The notes: a model not told the origin generated them from the sequence alone. 64,000 bases of DNA from Gemmatimonadaceae bacterium (GCA_035758925.1 DASTVV010000144.1:1281-65280); one strand, 5' to 3'. Shown: positions 39,444-49,242, counted from the stretch's first letter. Program-made: numbers and translations.

Positions 39444-40916
39444 ATGCGACTCCACCGTCGGTCGGACCTGAGCGCCGGCGAAGCGTCGCTGTTTGACGCA
39501 GCGCTGTCGCGCCTTGCCGCGATGCCCGCGGATCCTGACGACCGGATTCGCACGTTCCTCTCTCCGCAAAAACCGACGTACATCGGACGCGCTCCCGGCC
39601 GCCTGGACGTCATGGGTGGGATAGCGGACTACAGCGGAGCGCTCGTGCTGGAGATGCCGCTCGATCGCGCCACGTTCGCTTTCGTCCAGCGCCACCCATC
39701 GATGCGGTGTGAGATTGCCACCCGGCGCGACAACGCCTGGCAGTTTTTCGCGATCGAGCTGACGCGGCTACTCTCGGGCGACCTGCGTGACCCGGCGAGC
39801 CTCGCCGACAGGTTTGCCAAGGGAGACCCGGCCGACGCGTGGGCGGCATACGTGGTGGGAGTCGTTCAACTTTGCGCAGAGCGCGCCGACGTCACTGCTC
39901 TCGTTCGCGGCGGCTTTCGCATCCTGATCGATTCCAGCGTGCCCGAAGGAAAGGGCGTGAGCTCGTCGGCCGCGCTCGAAGTGGCGGCAATGTCAGCCGT
40001 CGCTGCGGCCCTCGACGTGCCCGTGGGTGCGTCGGACATCGCCACGGCGTGCCAGTGGGTGGAGAATCACATCGTCGGCGCACCGTGCGGCATCATGGAC
40101 CAGATGACGAGTGCGTGCGGCCGACGCGACCGGCTGCTGCGCTTGCGCTGTCAGCCAGCCGTCGCCGACGGATTCGTCAGCGTCCCCTGGGGCTTCCGAT
40201 TCTTCGGCATCGATTCCGGTGTGAAGCACGCTGTGTCCGGCAGCGCCTACGGGCGCGTGCGCACGGCGGCGTTCATGGGTTATCGCATCATCGCGGAGCG
40301 CGCGGGCCTCAAGGCATCGGTGGACGGTCACGGTCGCGCCCACGTGGACGATGCTCGCTGGCGCGGCTATCTGGCCAACATCCCGCTCGCCGACTTCGCG
40401 CGCTTCGAGTCCGAGCTTCCAGTCGAAATGATGGGCTCGGACTTCCTCGCGACGTACGGCGGCACCACCGACAACGCCACGCGCGTCCGGCCCGACGAGC
40501 GCTATGCAGTGCGCGCGGCCACCGCGCATCCGGTGAACGAGCAGGATCGTGTCGACCGCTTTGCCCGGCTGCTGCCGGACTTGTCCCGGGCCGACGCAAC
40601 CCGAGAGCTGGGGCAACTCATGCTCGATTCACACGCCAGCTACAGCGCGTGCGGACTGGGCTCCCCCGAGACGGATCGTCTGGTTGAGATGGTGCGGGAC
40701 GCTGGTCCGGAACGCGGTTTGTTCGGCGCCAAGATCACCGGCGGAGGCAGCGGCGGCACAGTCGCGATACTCGGCCGCGCCGACGCCGAGACAGTGGTCC
40801 GGGATATCGCCGCGCGCTACGCAGCGGAAACCGGACTGTCGGCCGAGCTGTTCCTCAATTCGGGTCCCGGTGCCGAGGAAACCGGAGTATTACTTCTCGA
40901 TTCTCACGACGCCTGA
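39444..40916 (+). CDS. GHMP-family sugar-1-kinase, L-arabinokinase-like rather than canonical GalK
   Basis: GRAPGRLDVMGGIADYSGALVLEMPL (GalK has GRVNLIGEHTDY here), GHMP motif II SSVPEGKGVSSSAALEVA, and motif III KITGGGSGGTV. 490 aa. Confidence 0.8.
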   Translation: MRLHRRSDLSAGEASLFDAALSRLAAMPADPDDRIRTFLSPQKPTYIGRAPGRLDVMGGIADYSGALVLEMPLDRATFAFVQRHPSMRCEIATRRDNAWQFFAIELTRLLSGDLRDPASLADRFAKGDPADAWAAYVVGVVQLCAERADVTALVRGGFRILIDSSVPEGKGVSSSAALEVAAMSAVAAALDVPVGASDIATACQWVENHIVGAPCGIMDQMTSACGRRDRLLRLRCQPAVADGFVSVPWGFRFFGIDSGVKHAVSGSAYGRVRTAAFMGYRIIAERAGLKASVDGHGRAHVDDARWRGYLANIPLADFARFESELPVEMMGSDFLATYGGTTDNATRVRPDERYAVRAATAHPVNEQDRVDRFARLLPDLSRADATRELGQLMLDSHASYSACGLGSPETDRLVEMVRDAGPERGLFGAKITGGGSGGTVAILGRADAETVVRDIAARYAAETGLSAELFLNSGPGAEETGVLLLDSHDA

Positions 40917-40978
40917 CGCATCACGCATGCAGACGCATGGCGGATGACGCATGCTGACGCATGGCGAATGACGCATGT
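40914..40978. repeat. 24-nt tandem repeat x about 2.7 (GACGCATG-rich) between convergent genes
   Basis: ATCACGCATGCAGACGCATGGCGG (40920-40943), ATGACGCATGCTGACGCATGGCGA (40944-40967), then ATGACGCATG... (40968-). The core GACGCATG occurs 5 times, plus one CACGCATG variant. Contains GCATGC palindromes. Confidence 0.8.
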
Positions 40979-42040
40979 CTAGGCTGGCCGCTCCCACCGA
41001 TGCGTCTCCGCCGATCGGAACAGCGCGTCGATCACCTCCAGGTTCGCGATCGAGTCCTCGAGCGTGACCGGCACGTCCTCATCACCGCGCAGTGCCCTGC
41101 AGAAGTGGTCTGTCTGCAGCGTGTACTGATCGACAATGGGGAACTCGATCACCTCGGCCGCCGCGCTGGCAACCTTGCTTCCGTCGTCCACGAAGATCCG
41201 ACACGGCCGATCCGTCGGCGGCGGTGGCGGCGCGTTGAACGGGATCTCGATCATGATACGGCCGCGCGTCCCGAAGATCTCCATACGCTGAAACGGTACC
41301 AGCTGCCCCGCGCACGTGAACGCCGCCTGACCTGACGGGAATCGCAACATCGCCGAGAGCAGTCGGTCGATGTGCATGTCGGGATCACGCTCGATCATGG
41401 CGATCGCTTCCGTCGGTTCTTCGTCGAATAGCCATCGGGACATGGTGATCGGGTAGCATCCGATGTCGAAGAGCGCGCCGCCGCCGAACTCGAGGCGGCT
41501 GCGCACGTCATGCGGATCGCGCCTGAAATAGCTGAAGTGCCCGGCGACGAGGCGCAGGTCTCCGATGCGGCCCGATCGAGCCAGGCGGCGCGCCTCCAGC
41601 CACTGCGGATGGGTGCGCACCATGAACGCTTCCTCGATCACGCGACCGGTGTGTCGTCGCACTTCCAGCAGCTGTCGTGCTTCCGCCGCCGAGGTGGCGA
41701 TTGGCTTCTCACACAGAACGTGCTTTCCTGCGTGCGCCGCCTTGATGGTCCACGGCACGTGCAGGTGGTTGGGCAGCGGGATGTATACCGCTTCGATCGC
41801 CGGGTCCTCGAGCAGCTCTTCGTACGAGCCGTAGGCACGGTCGATCCCCTGGGCGTTCGCGGCCTTGCGCGCCTTGTCGATGTCGCGTGACGCGATCGCC
41901 TCTACACGAGCGAGCGCGCTCTTGCGCATCGCGGGAATGACTTTGGTGAGTGCGATGCTGGCCGTGCCCAGAATGCCCCAGCGCACCGGCTCAGCCGACC
42001 GCTTGGCGTCGCTCATCGCTTGGCGCTGACGCCCTACCAA
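40979..42040 (-). CDS. Gfo/Idh/MocA-family NAD(P)-dependent oxidoreductase
   Basis: Rossmann N-terminus VRWGILGTASIALTKVIPA and an EKP motif (VLCEKPIA). The start is 42040 or the ATG at 42016. It overlaps the upstream AKR stop by 7 nt. Confidence 0.85.
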   Translation of the reverse strand: MVGRQRQAMSDAKRSAEPVRWGILGTASIALTKVIPAMRKSALARVEAIASRDIDKARKAANAQGIDRAYGSYEELLEDPAIEAVYIPLPNHLHVPWTIKAAHAGKHVLCEKPIATSAAEARQLLEVRRHTGRVIEEAFMVRTHPQWLEARRLARSGRIGDLRLVAGHFSYFRRDPHDVRSRLEFGGGALFDIGCYPITMSRWLFDEEPTEAIAMIERDPDMHIDRLLSAMLRFPSGQAAFTCAGQLVPFQRMEIFGTRGRIMIEIPFNAPPPPPTDRPCRIFVDDGSKVASAAAEVIEFPIVDQYTLQTDHFCRALRGDEDVPVTLEDSIANLEVIDALFRSAETHRWERPA

Positions 42041-43020
42041 CGCGAGTGGATCGCCGGGCGAATGTGCTTGTCGTAGACTGCCTTGGCTGCGCCCAGGGTT
42101 TGAGGGGTCAGTGCTGCGAGGCCCGCGGCTCGCACGTTCTCCTCGACCTGCCGCGCGTTCTTGCCGCCTGGAATCGCCGCCGTCACTTCCGGGGACATGA
42201 GGATCCAGCGCAGCGCCATCTGTGCGAGCGACGCCTCCGCCGGAACCAGCGCTCGCAATTCCTCCACGGCGCGCAGGCCAGTCGCGTAGTCCACACCGCT
42301 GAAGGTCTCGCCCATGTCGAACTCTTCGCCGTGGCGATTGAACCTGCGGTGGTCGCGCTCCGCGAACTGCGTGTCGACACGCAGCTTGCCAGTCAGCATG
42401 CCGCTCGCCAGCGGCACCCGAGCGAGAATCCCGACTTTGCGTCCCTTCGCGAGCGCAAAGAAGCGCTCGGCGGGCTTGGTGCGAAACAGGTTGTAGATGA
42501 TCTGCACGCTCTGGACGTTGGGATATTCCAGTGCGCGAATCGCTTCCTCCACGTACTCGACGCTCACGCCGTAGTAGCGCAGCTTGCCGGCCGCGCAGAG
42601 GTCGTCCAGCACGCCGAACACCTCGGGCATCCCGTAGACCTCTGGTGGAGGGCAGTGCAGTTGCAGCAGATCGATTGTGTCGCTGCCGAGATTCTTCAGG
42701 CTGCGTTCGACGAATGCGGTGAGGTTCGCCCGATTGTAGCCAGCCGCCACGTGAGGATCGAGACGACGCCCGGCCTTGGTGGCTATGATGATCTCGTCGC
42801 GACGCTCGCGCCGGAGGCGCCCCACCAGGCGCTCGGAGTTGCCGTCACCATAGACGTCGGCCGTGTCGATGAAGTTGACGCCAAGATCAACGGCGCGATG
42901 CAGCGCCCGAAGTGATTCGTCGTTGTCGGTCTGGCCCCATTCGTTGCCGCCGATTGCCCAGGCACCGAAGCTGACGGATGAGATGCGCCAGCCCGTGCGT
43001 CCCAGCTCGCGATATTCCAT
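42034..43020 (-). CDS. aldo/keto reductase
   Basis: Start moved to the ATG at 43020: MEYRELGRTGWRISSVSFGAWAIGG...AVDLGVNFIDTADVYGDGNSE, the classic AKR N-terminus. 328 aa. Confidence 0.88.
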   Translation of the reverse strand: MEYRELGRTGWRISSVSFGAWAIGGNEWGQTDNDESLRALHRAVDLGVNFIDTADVYGDGNSERLVGRLRRERRDEIIIATKAGRRLDPHVAAGYNRANLTAFVERSLKNLGSDTIDLLQLHCPPPEVYGMPEVFGVLDDLCAAGKLRYYGVSVEYVEEAIRALEYPNVQSVQIIYNLFRTKPAERFFALAKGRKVGILARVPLASGMLTGKLRVDTQFAERDHRRFNRHGEEFDMGETFSGVDYATGLRAVEELRALVPAEASLAQMALRWILMSPEVTAAIPGGKNARQVEENVRAAGLAALTPQTLGAAKAVYDKHIRPAIHSRW

Positions 43021-43028
43021 GTGTTCCC

Positions 43029-44168
43029 TCAGGAGACAGAGAAACGATACACGGTGCTCGACTGGTACGCTTTCCCCGGTCGCAAGATGGTCGAAGGAAA
43101 CGCCGCCTGGTTCGGTGAATCGGGAAAATGCTGCGTCTCGAGCGCCACGCCGGAATGCGCGCGATACGCATGTCCGCCTTTGCCTGACCGCCCGCCAGCC
43201 AGGTGATTGCCGGAGTATAGCTGCATGCCGCATTCGGTCGTGAGAAGCTCCACCGTCCGGCCGCTGACGGGATCGCGCAGCCGCGCAGCGAGCACCAGCG
43301 TGTCGTCGCGGTCGCGATCGATGACGTAGTTGTGATCGTAGCCCGAGCCCAGCCGCAGCTGCTCGTCGTCGGCGTCGATGCGTTCGCCGATGCGCCGCGG
43401 CGTCGTGAAGTCGAACGGCGTCCCACGCACAGGCCGAAGCTCGCCCGTCGGAATGAGGTTCGAGTTCACCGGTGTGAACCGCGACGCCTGGATCGTGAGC
43501 TCGTGATCCAGGATGTCACCTGCGTCGTGCCCTGCCAGGTTCAAGTACGTGTGCTGCGTGAGGTTCACGGGCGTCGCCTGATCCGTGACGGCGTGATAGT
43601 CGACGATGAGCTCATCGTCGTTGGTGAGCGTGTAGGTCACGCGCGTCTCGAGTGTGCCGGGATACCCCTCTTCGCCGGCAAGACTCGTGTACAGCAGCTC
43701 GACTCCCGCCGCGTTGGTCTCCGAGAACGGCTGAAGGTCCCAAACGGCCTGATGGAATCCGCGGATGCCGCCGTGCAGAGCGTTGTCGCCGTTGTTGGCC
43801 GCGAGCCGGTACTCCTCGCCGTCGAGCGAGAAGCGCGCGCCGGCAATCCGATTGGCGTAGCGACCGACGATCGAGCCAAAATATCGCCCGTCGCTCAGAT
43901 AGTCGCCGGGCGACTCGAATCCGAGCGCGACGTCGTCCTTCACGCCGCGATGGTCCGGGACCTCGAGCGACATGATCGTGCCGCCGATGGCCATGAGACG
44001 CACGAAGATGCCATGAGCGTTCGAGAGGGTCAGCGCGTCGACAGGACGTCCACTGTCGCTCACAGGCAGCGGATGGCGCTCCACCCGTGGTGCGGGCAGC
44101 ACGGCGCGCGCGGGCGGCGACGGCAACGACGACACGCGGGAAGGGGACAACGGTGGAGGATTTGTCAC
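43029..44168 (-). CDS. galM: aldose 1-epimerase (mutarotase)
   Basis: GRYANRIAGARF, NNGDNALHGG, THTYLNL and FPDSPN motifs of the GalM family. The start codon is uncertain (GTG at 44168; Pro/Ser-rich N-terminal 45 aa). Confidence 0.82.
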   Translation of the reverse strand: MTNPPPLSPSRVSSLPSPPARAVLPAPRVERHPLPVSDSGRPVDALTLSNAHGIFVRLMAIGGTIMSLEVPDHRGVKDDVALGFESPGDYLSDGRYFGSIVGRYANRIAGARFSLDGEEYRLAANNGDNALHGGIRGFHQAVWDLQPFSETNAAGVELLYTSLAGEEGYPGTLETRVTYTLTNDDELIVDYHAVTDQATPVNLTQHTYLNLAGHDAGDILDHELTIQASRFTPVNSNLIPTGELRPVRGTPFDFTTPRRIGERIDADDEQLRLGSGYDHNYVIDRDRDDTLVLAARLRDPVSGRTVELLTTECGMQLYSGNHLAGGRSGKGGHAYRAHSGVALETQHFPDSPNQAAFPSTILRPGKAYQSSTVYRFSVS

Positions 44169-44169
44169 G

Positions 44170-45891
44170 TCACTCAGCGGTTACTGCGTACAGCCCGAAC
44201 ATCGTGCCCACGAACGCGCGCGAGAAGCCACCGGCAACTCGCGTGCTCAGAATCGTGCCGTCCTGATCGCCGGCGAGCAGCGTCCATTTGTCCGGGCCGC
44301 TGCCGTAGTAGAAGTCGTACTTTTCGCCGCGCGCCACGATACGCAGGTATATCGGTGCATCCGGCGCGTTCGCAAGCGGCGCCGACGCCACCACGACACT
44401 GCCGCTGCCGGCTGACGCACCGGCGCGCTTTTCCAGCTGAACGGCCGGCATGCCGTCAACCAGGGCGACGGCGAGAAGGTAGAAGTAGTTCTCGCTCTGG
44501 AAGGCGATGAGGCCCGCCTTGTCCCCAGCCTTCTGCGGTGTGTACGTCATGGCCGTTGAGGCCGTGGCGTGGAGATGCTGTTGTCGCCGGCCGATGAACG
44601 ACGGCTGGCCTGGGCCGCTGATGTCGACTGGCCGCGCGCGAATGGTGAGGCTTCCCGGCGTCGACGTGAGGTCGTACCACTTCTCCCGCGGTGTGCGGAG
44701 GAAACTCCAATAGGGTGCCAGCGCGCGTCCGTTGAAGTCGTCGCGGACGACGAAGTTGCCGCTCGTGCGAACCGCTGGTGCCGCCTGTCCCTGGAGTTCC
44801 GGCTTGGCGTGCACGTATGGCACGGTCGCCGAGTCGGTGAGAATGACCGGCCAGCCATTCACCCACCGCATCGGAAGCAGGAAGGTTTCGCGACCGATGT
44901 TGTGGAAGTTCTCGCGGTAGGGCCGGACGCCGAGGAACACCGCCCACCATTCTCCCGACGGCGTACGCACGAAGTCGGCGTGGCCAGTGGACGTGATGGG
45001 GAAGGGACGGCCCGCGCTCAGGTGACGCTGAGTGAGAATGGGGTTACCGGAGTGGGGGACGTACGGTCCCCACACCGAGTCGCTCCGAAAGACCACTTCG
45101 GAGTGCTCGTCGGCGGTGCCGCCCTCGGCGCAGAACAAGTAGTACTTGCCGTCAACCTTGAAGACGTGCGGCGCCTCGATCCAGATGGGTTTCTTCGTGA
45201 TGTCGACGCCGCCATTCACGATCAGCTTGCGATCGCCGACAAGCTTCCGGTTCGCCCAGTCGAACTCCTGCATCCAGATGGCGCGATGTCCATCGTACAG
45301 CGGCCGCCCCACCGGTGCGCCATTGCTCACGATGTACGCCTTGCCGTCATCGTTGAAGAAGATGGACGGGTCCACCTCGATGCCGGGCAGCCACGACGGG
45401 TCGGACCACGGCCCGCTGGGGTTCGTGGCGGTGACGACGAACGAGCCGCCGCGATCCACAGTAGTCGTGATCATGTAGAACGTGCCGCGGTGGTAACGGA
45501 TGGCGGGTGCGAAGATGCCGCGCGACACGCCGGCGCTGTCGAGATTGAGCTGTGACGGCCGGTCGAGCACATGTCCGATCTGCGTCCAGTTGACGAGATC
45601 CCTGCTGTGAAAGATCGGGACGCCCGGGAAGTAGGCGAAGCTCGACGTCACGAGGTAGTAGTCGTCGCCCACCCGCACCATGCTGGGATCCGGGTAGAAG
45701 CCCGCGAGGATCGGGTTGTAATAATCGCCGGCTCCGGCACGGAACCGATCGTAGACCGAGTCGCGTCCTTCGTACACGAACCAGTCGAACCGCGGATCGC
45801 GACTCGCGTTCTGCCGATGGGCCAGGCTGTATGCGCCCAGGAGAACGGGCGCGGCGATCAGAGTCAGTGTGCGGAGCAAGCGAGCTCGCAT
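44170..45891 (-). CDS. GH43 beta-xylosidase/alpha-L-arabinofuranosidase with C-terminal beta-sandwich domain
   Basis: ATG at 45891 with a GGAGAG RBS and signal MRARLLRTLTLIAAPVLLGAYS. NPILAGFYPDPSMVRVGDDYYLVTSSF.YFPGVPIFHSRDLVNW is the GH43 five-bladed propeller start. Confidence 0.9.
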   Translation of the reverse strand: MRARLLRTLTLIAAPVLLGAYSLAHRQNASRDPRFDWFVYEGRDSVYDRFRAGAGDYYNPILAGFYPDPSMVRVGDDYYLVTSSFAYFPGVPIFHSRDLVNWTQIGHVLDRPSQLNLDSAGVSRGIFAPAIRYHRGTFYMITTTVDRGGSFVVTATNPSGPWSDPSWLPGIEVDPSIFFNDDGKAYIVSNGAPVGRPLYDGHRAIWMQEFDWANRKLVGDRKLIVNGGVDITKKPIWIEAPHVFKVDGKYYLFCAEGGTADEHSEVVFRSDSVWGPYVPHSGNPILTQRHLSAGRPFPITSTGHADFVRTPSGEWWAVFLGVRPYRENFHNIGRETFLLPMRWVNGWPVILTDSATVPYVHAKPELQGQAAPAVRTSGNFVVRDDFNGRALAPYWSFLRTPREKWYDLTSTPGSLTIRARPVDISGPGQPSFIGRRQQHLHATASTAMTYTPQKAGDKAGLIAFQSENYFYLLAVALVDGMPAVQLEKRAGASAGSGSVVVASAPLANAPDAPIYLRIVARGEKYDFYYGSGPDKWTLLAGDQDGTILSTRVAGGFSRAFVGTMFGLYAVTAE

Positions 45892-45988
45892 GCTACTCTC
45901 CTGTTCAAAGGTGTTGCGGAGAACGCCCCTGCCTCCTCGTACGCTTTCACGAAGGCCTTTTCGGAAGTGACGGAAAGACGGATAATCC

Positions 45989-46052
45989 TCGCACAAATCT
46001 CTCGTCGAATTCAGTGATCCAGGCCTGGATCTCGCACAAAACTCTCGTCGAA
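45989..46052 (-). promoter_or_regulatory. direct repeat - palindrome - direct repeat module upstream of GH43 (candidate operator)
   Basis: TCGCACAAATCTCTCGTCGAA (45989-46009) and TCGCACAAAACTCTCGTCGAA (46032-46052) are 20/21 identical, 43 nt apart. They flank the perfect 16-bp palindrome GATCCAGGCCTGGATC (46016-46031). Confidence 0.4.
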
Positions 46053-46097
46053 CTCCAACGCCGCGGTCGAGCTCTGAATCGTAGCGTTACCCCAGAA

Positions 46098-49067
46098 TCA
46101 CTCGCGATTCGGTTGACCGGACCCGGTTGCGGCCGACGAAGCCGGTGCAGGACGATAGAAGCTCTCAGGCGGTCCCAGATAGCTTGGCCGTTCGCCACCA
46201 AGATCCACCACGATCCTCTGCAACACCACCCCCGGATCGACGGCCCAGAACTTCAGCACGTGCGCTCCCGGCGTGGCAAGTTGATGTCGTGTCGCGAAGA
46301 TCTTGATGTTGTCCGCCACAGACCTCTCCCACGCCGCGCTTGATGTGTCCGCGGTGGTGTTCACGACTTGCGGCGGCTCGTCGTCGAACGAGACCGCGTA
46401 GCGCAGGCCGTCCTTCACGCCGCTGAAGTTGTGCGTCGGCGACACATATGCCTTCACCTGAACCGAGCCGCTGTCGAAGACGAACATGCGGTACTCCAAC
46501 CGTGCGGCATTGACGCCCGGTTTCTGGCTTGCGTTGCCAGGTACCGTCGCCATGCCGGACATCGTTCTGCCGAGATCGGGGACGCGCTGCCAGGTGAAGC
46601 CGTTCACGCTCACTGCACGCGAGTAGTGCTCGGACTCCATCGCGACCACACCGTTGCCTTGCACGAATCCGTTGACGTCGTCGCGCGATGGCGCCTGTGC
46701 GTGGCGCACCGGCGCCTGCAGCACGAAGCGACGCTCGCCGGATGCACCGCTCGTGACGGTGATCGGAACACGATGCAGACCAACGGGTGCACGCGACCAG
46801 TCGACGCTCACGATGAGGCGCTGGTCCTTCGTGAGTGTACCACTGCGCGGAGACACGTCCAGCCACGGCTGGCCAGTCTCGACGCGAAACTCCACGGGCT
46901 CTTTCCCGCGATTGAACACGTCGATCCACGACGACTGTCGCTGGAATGAATCGAATTCAGGCAGCGCGGGCTCGCGGAAGCGAAATCCGCCGGGTGGAGG
47001 AGCCTGGCCGCCGGGTACAAACGGAACCTGACCATCCCAGGACACGCCCAACTCGCCAGGCAGCGGCACCTGGATCACGTCCGTGCGCGGCATGACGTTG
47101 CGCGGCGGCTCCTGCCAGTACGTGTAGCCGATGTGTGTCTGATCCATCATGTGCGACCACTTTCCTCCCGCGAGCGTGTCGTTGAAGAACCGCGAGATCT
47201 CCGCGTCGCGCTGGAACAGCTCGCGTGCACGATCGGCGTAGTCGTTCGTCGACGCCCGGCCCTGCAGCGCGTACAGCCGATTCTTCGCCACGGTCACGTA
47301 CAGCTCGTTCAGATTCGCCGCCGCCAACACGGGATGGAGCACCAGCTGATAGTACGCGTCCTTGTACGCCGGTGGGAGCGTCTCGCCGATCGCGCGCGCG
47401 CGTCTTGCCAGGCCGGCGTAGTCCGCGACAATCCTGTCTGCTTCGCTGTAGTTCGCGATGCTGTACGTCTCGGGCGCGAGCAGCTCGGGCTTCCGTCGGC
47501 CCGCGTACTTGAGGTACTTCGTGACGACGTCGGCGATGTCGCTCGCGCTTTGCGGCCCAAACTGCTGCTCGGCCCAGCGTCGCGTGTACTCACCCAGCCG
47601 CTCTGCCGGCCACGCGTTGGGATTCCACGCGAAGTCCAGGAAGAACTGGATCGGGAATTCCATTGGCTTGATGTCGCCGACGTTCACGATCCAGATGCGG
47701 TCCGCGCCAAGCCGATACGAGAGATTCATCTGCTCCCAGACGCGCGCGATGGGATTCGTGTTGATCCACTTGTAGTTCCGCGGTCCGCCGACGTAATCGA
47801 AGTGGTAATAGACGCCAAATCCGCCAGGCCGTTTGCGCTCGGCAGCGGCCGGCAGACGTCGGACGTTGCCCCAGTTGTCGTCCGCGAACAGCAGCGTGAC
47901 GTCCTCAGGCACTCGCATGCCCTTGTCGTAGTAGTCCTGCACTTCCTTATATAGGGCCCAGAGTTGGGGCGTGGCGGACGCGTCCCTTTGCGTGACGTCG
48001 GTGATGATCCTGCGCTGGTCTGCTACGATGCGCTCGAGCAGCGCGATGTTGCTGCCCTCGGTCATTGGCATGTCGCCATCGCCGCGCATTCCGATGGTGA
48101 CGATGTTCTCGCGCGCTCCGCCGGGGCCGTTCACCATTCGATCCACCCCTTTGCGCCAGAAGTCGCGCAGGGTGGAATCGTTCTGTTCGTAATTCCACGG
48201 GCCCTTGCCGTAACGCCGCCACTCCTGCTGTGCGCGCGTGAGCGGCTCGTGGTGCGACGTCCCCATCACGATCCCGTACTCCTGTGCAAGGCGTGCGTTG
48301 AGCGAATCGTCGTCCGCAAACGCGTTGCCCCACATGGCTGGCCACAGGTAATTGCCCTTCAGGCGCAGTACGAGCTCGAACACCTTCTCGTAGACCTTGT
48401 GATTCACCCCTCCGAACGTCTCGCGCGTCCAGCCCGAGAAGGCCGGCGCCTCGTCATTGATGAAGATGCCACGGTACTTCACCGCGGGCTCGCCAGCCGT
48501 GTGTCGTCCCGGCTGCACGTAGAGGTCGGGCTGGCGACGAGTGGGGACGTCGGCCCACCAGTACCATGGTGAGACTCCGATTTGCGCCGACAGATCGTAG
48601 ATGCCGTAGATCGTTCCCCGCCTGTCGCTGCCAACGATCACGAGCGCCTGGTCGACGCCGGGCAGCGGATCCTTCACGACCTGGACGAGAAACGTCTCCC
48701 AGCGTCCAGCGATGCCTTTCACGTCGAGCTTTCGGGTCTTGACCAGTCTATCGACGAGTGTGCTCGAGCCGATGGTCCCGACGATCACCGCGGCGTCGTT
48801 TGGTGCCCCGTGCACGTGGAGACTTGCGTCGGTTCCCGTCACGCGGCCCAGGTCAAGACGCAGGTCATTGGCGGCGCGGATCACGCCCGGGTAATCGGAG
48901 CTGCTGACGAAGATGTGCGCCGGCCGCCCATCGACAGCGAGCGGGAAGCTCCCCGGCGATCTGCCGGAGGCGACGTAACGCTCTGGCTGTCCGCCGGATG
49001 GCTGGGCCCCTAGGTACGAGACGCCCGCAGAGGCGAGCGTCGCGGCAACGACGGCAGCGAACATCAT
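46098..49067 (-). CDS. GH115 xylan alpha-1,2-glucuronidase
   Basis: Start moved to MMFAAVVAATLASAGVSYLGAQ (signal). YRGIFINDEAPAFSGW...VYEKVFELVLRLKGNYLWPAMW and GTSHHEP match the GH115 catalytic core (from memory). About 989 aa. Confidence 0.88.
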   Translation of the reverse strand: MMFAAVVAATLASAGVSYLGAQPSGGQPERYVASGRSPGSFPLAVDGRPAHIFVSSSDYPGVIRAANDLRLDLGRVTGTDASLHVHGAPNDAAVIVGTIGSSTLVDRLVKTRKLDVKGIAGRWETFLVQVVKDPLPGVDQALVIVGSDRRGTIYGIYDLSAQIGVSPWYWWADVPTRRQPDLYVQPGRHTAGEPAVKYRGIFINDEAPAFSGWTRETFGGVNHKVYEKVFELVLRLKGNYLWPAMWGNAFADDDSLNARLAQEYGIVMGTSHHEPLTRAQQEWRRYGKGPWNYEQNDSTLRDFWRKGVDRMVNGPGGARENIVTIGMRGDGDMPMTEGSNIALLERIVADQRRIITDVTQRDASATPQLWALYKEVQDYYDKGMRVPEDVTLLFADDNWGNVRRLPAAAERKRPGGFGVYYHFDYVGGPRNYKWINTNPIARVWEQMNLSYRLGADRIWIVNVGDIKPMEFPIQFFLDFAWNPNAWPAERLGEYTRRWAEQQFGPQSASDIADVVTKYLKYAGRRKPELLAPETYSIANYSEADRIVADYAGLARRARAIGETLPPAYKDAYYQLVLHPVLAAANLNELYVTVAKNRLYALQGRASTNDYADRARELFQRDAEISRFFNDTLAGGKWSHMMDQTHIGYTYWQEPPRNVMPRTDVIQVPLPGELGVSWDGQVPFVPGGQAPPPGGFRFREPALPEFDSFQRQSSWIDVFNRGKEPVEFRVETGQPWLDVSPRSGTLTKDQRLIVSVDWSRAPVGLHRVPITVTSGASGERRFVLQAPVRHAQAPSRDDVNGFVQGNGVVAMESEHYSRAVSVNGFTWQRVPDLGRTMSGMATVPGNASQKPGVNAARLEYRMFVFDSGSVQVKAYVSPTHNFSGVKDGLRYAVSFDDEPPQVVNTTADTSSAAWERSVADNIKIFATRHQLATPGAHVLKFWAVDPGVVLQRIVVDLGGERPSYLGPPESFYRPAPASSAATGSGQPNRE

Positions 49068-49242
49068 GCAGCGATTCGGACGTGTGGGTGTGATGACGGG
49101 ATTCTCCCGGAGCTCGGCCCAGGAGGCTTCGCAACCGCAATCATACGGTGATAAGATGAATTGAGGCAAGCGCCTGACGCAGCGGTGCGTCCTGGAGCAT
49201 GATTACCGCAGCAACCCCAACATGCTGAAGGAGAGCCCCACC

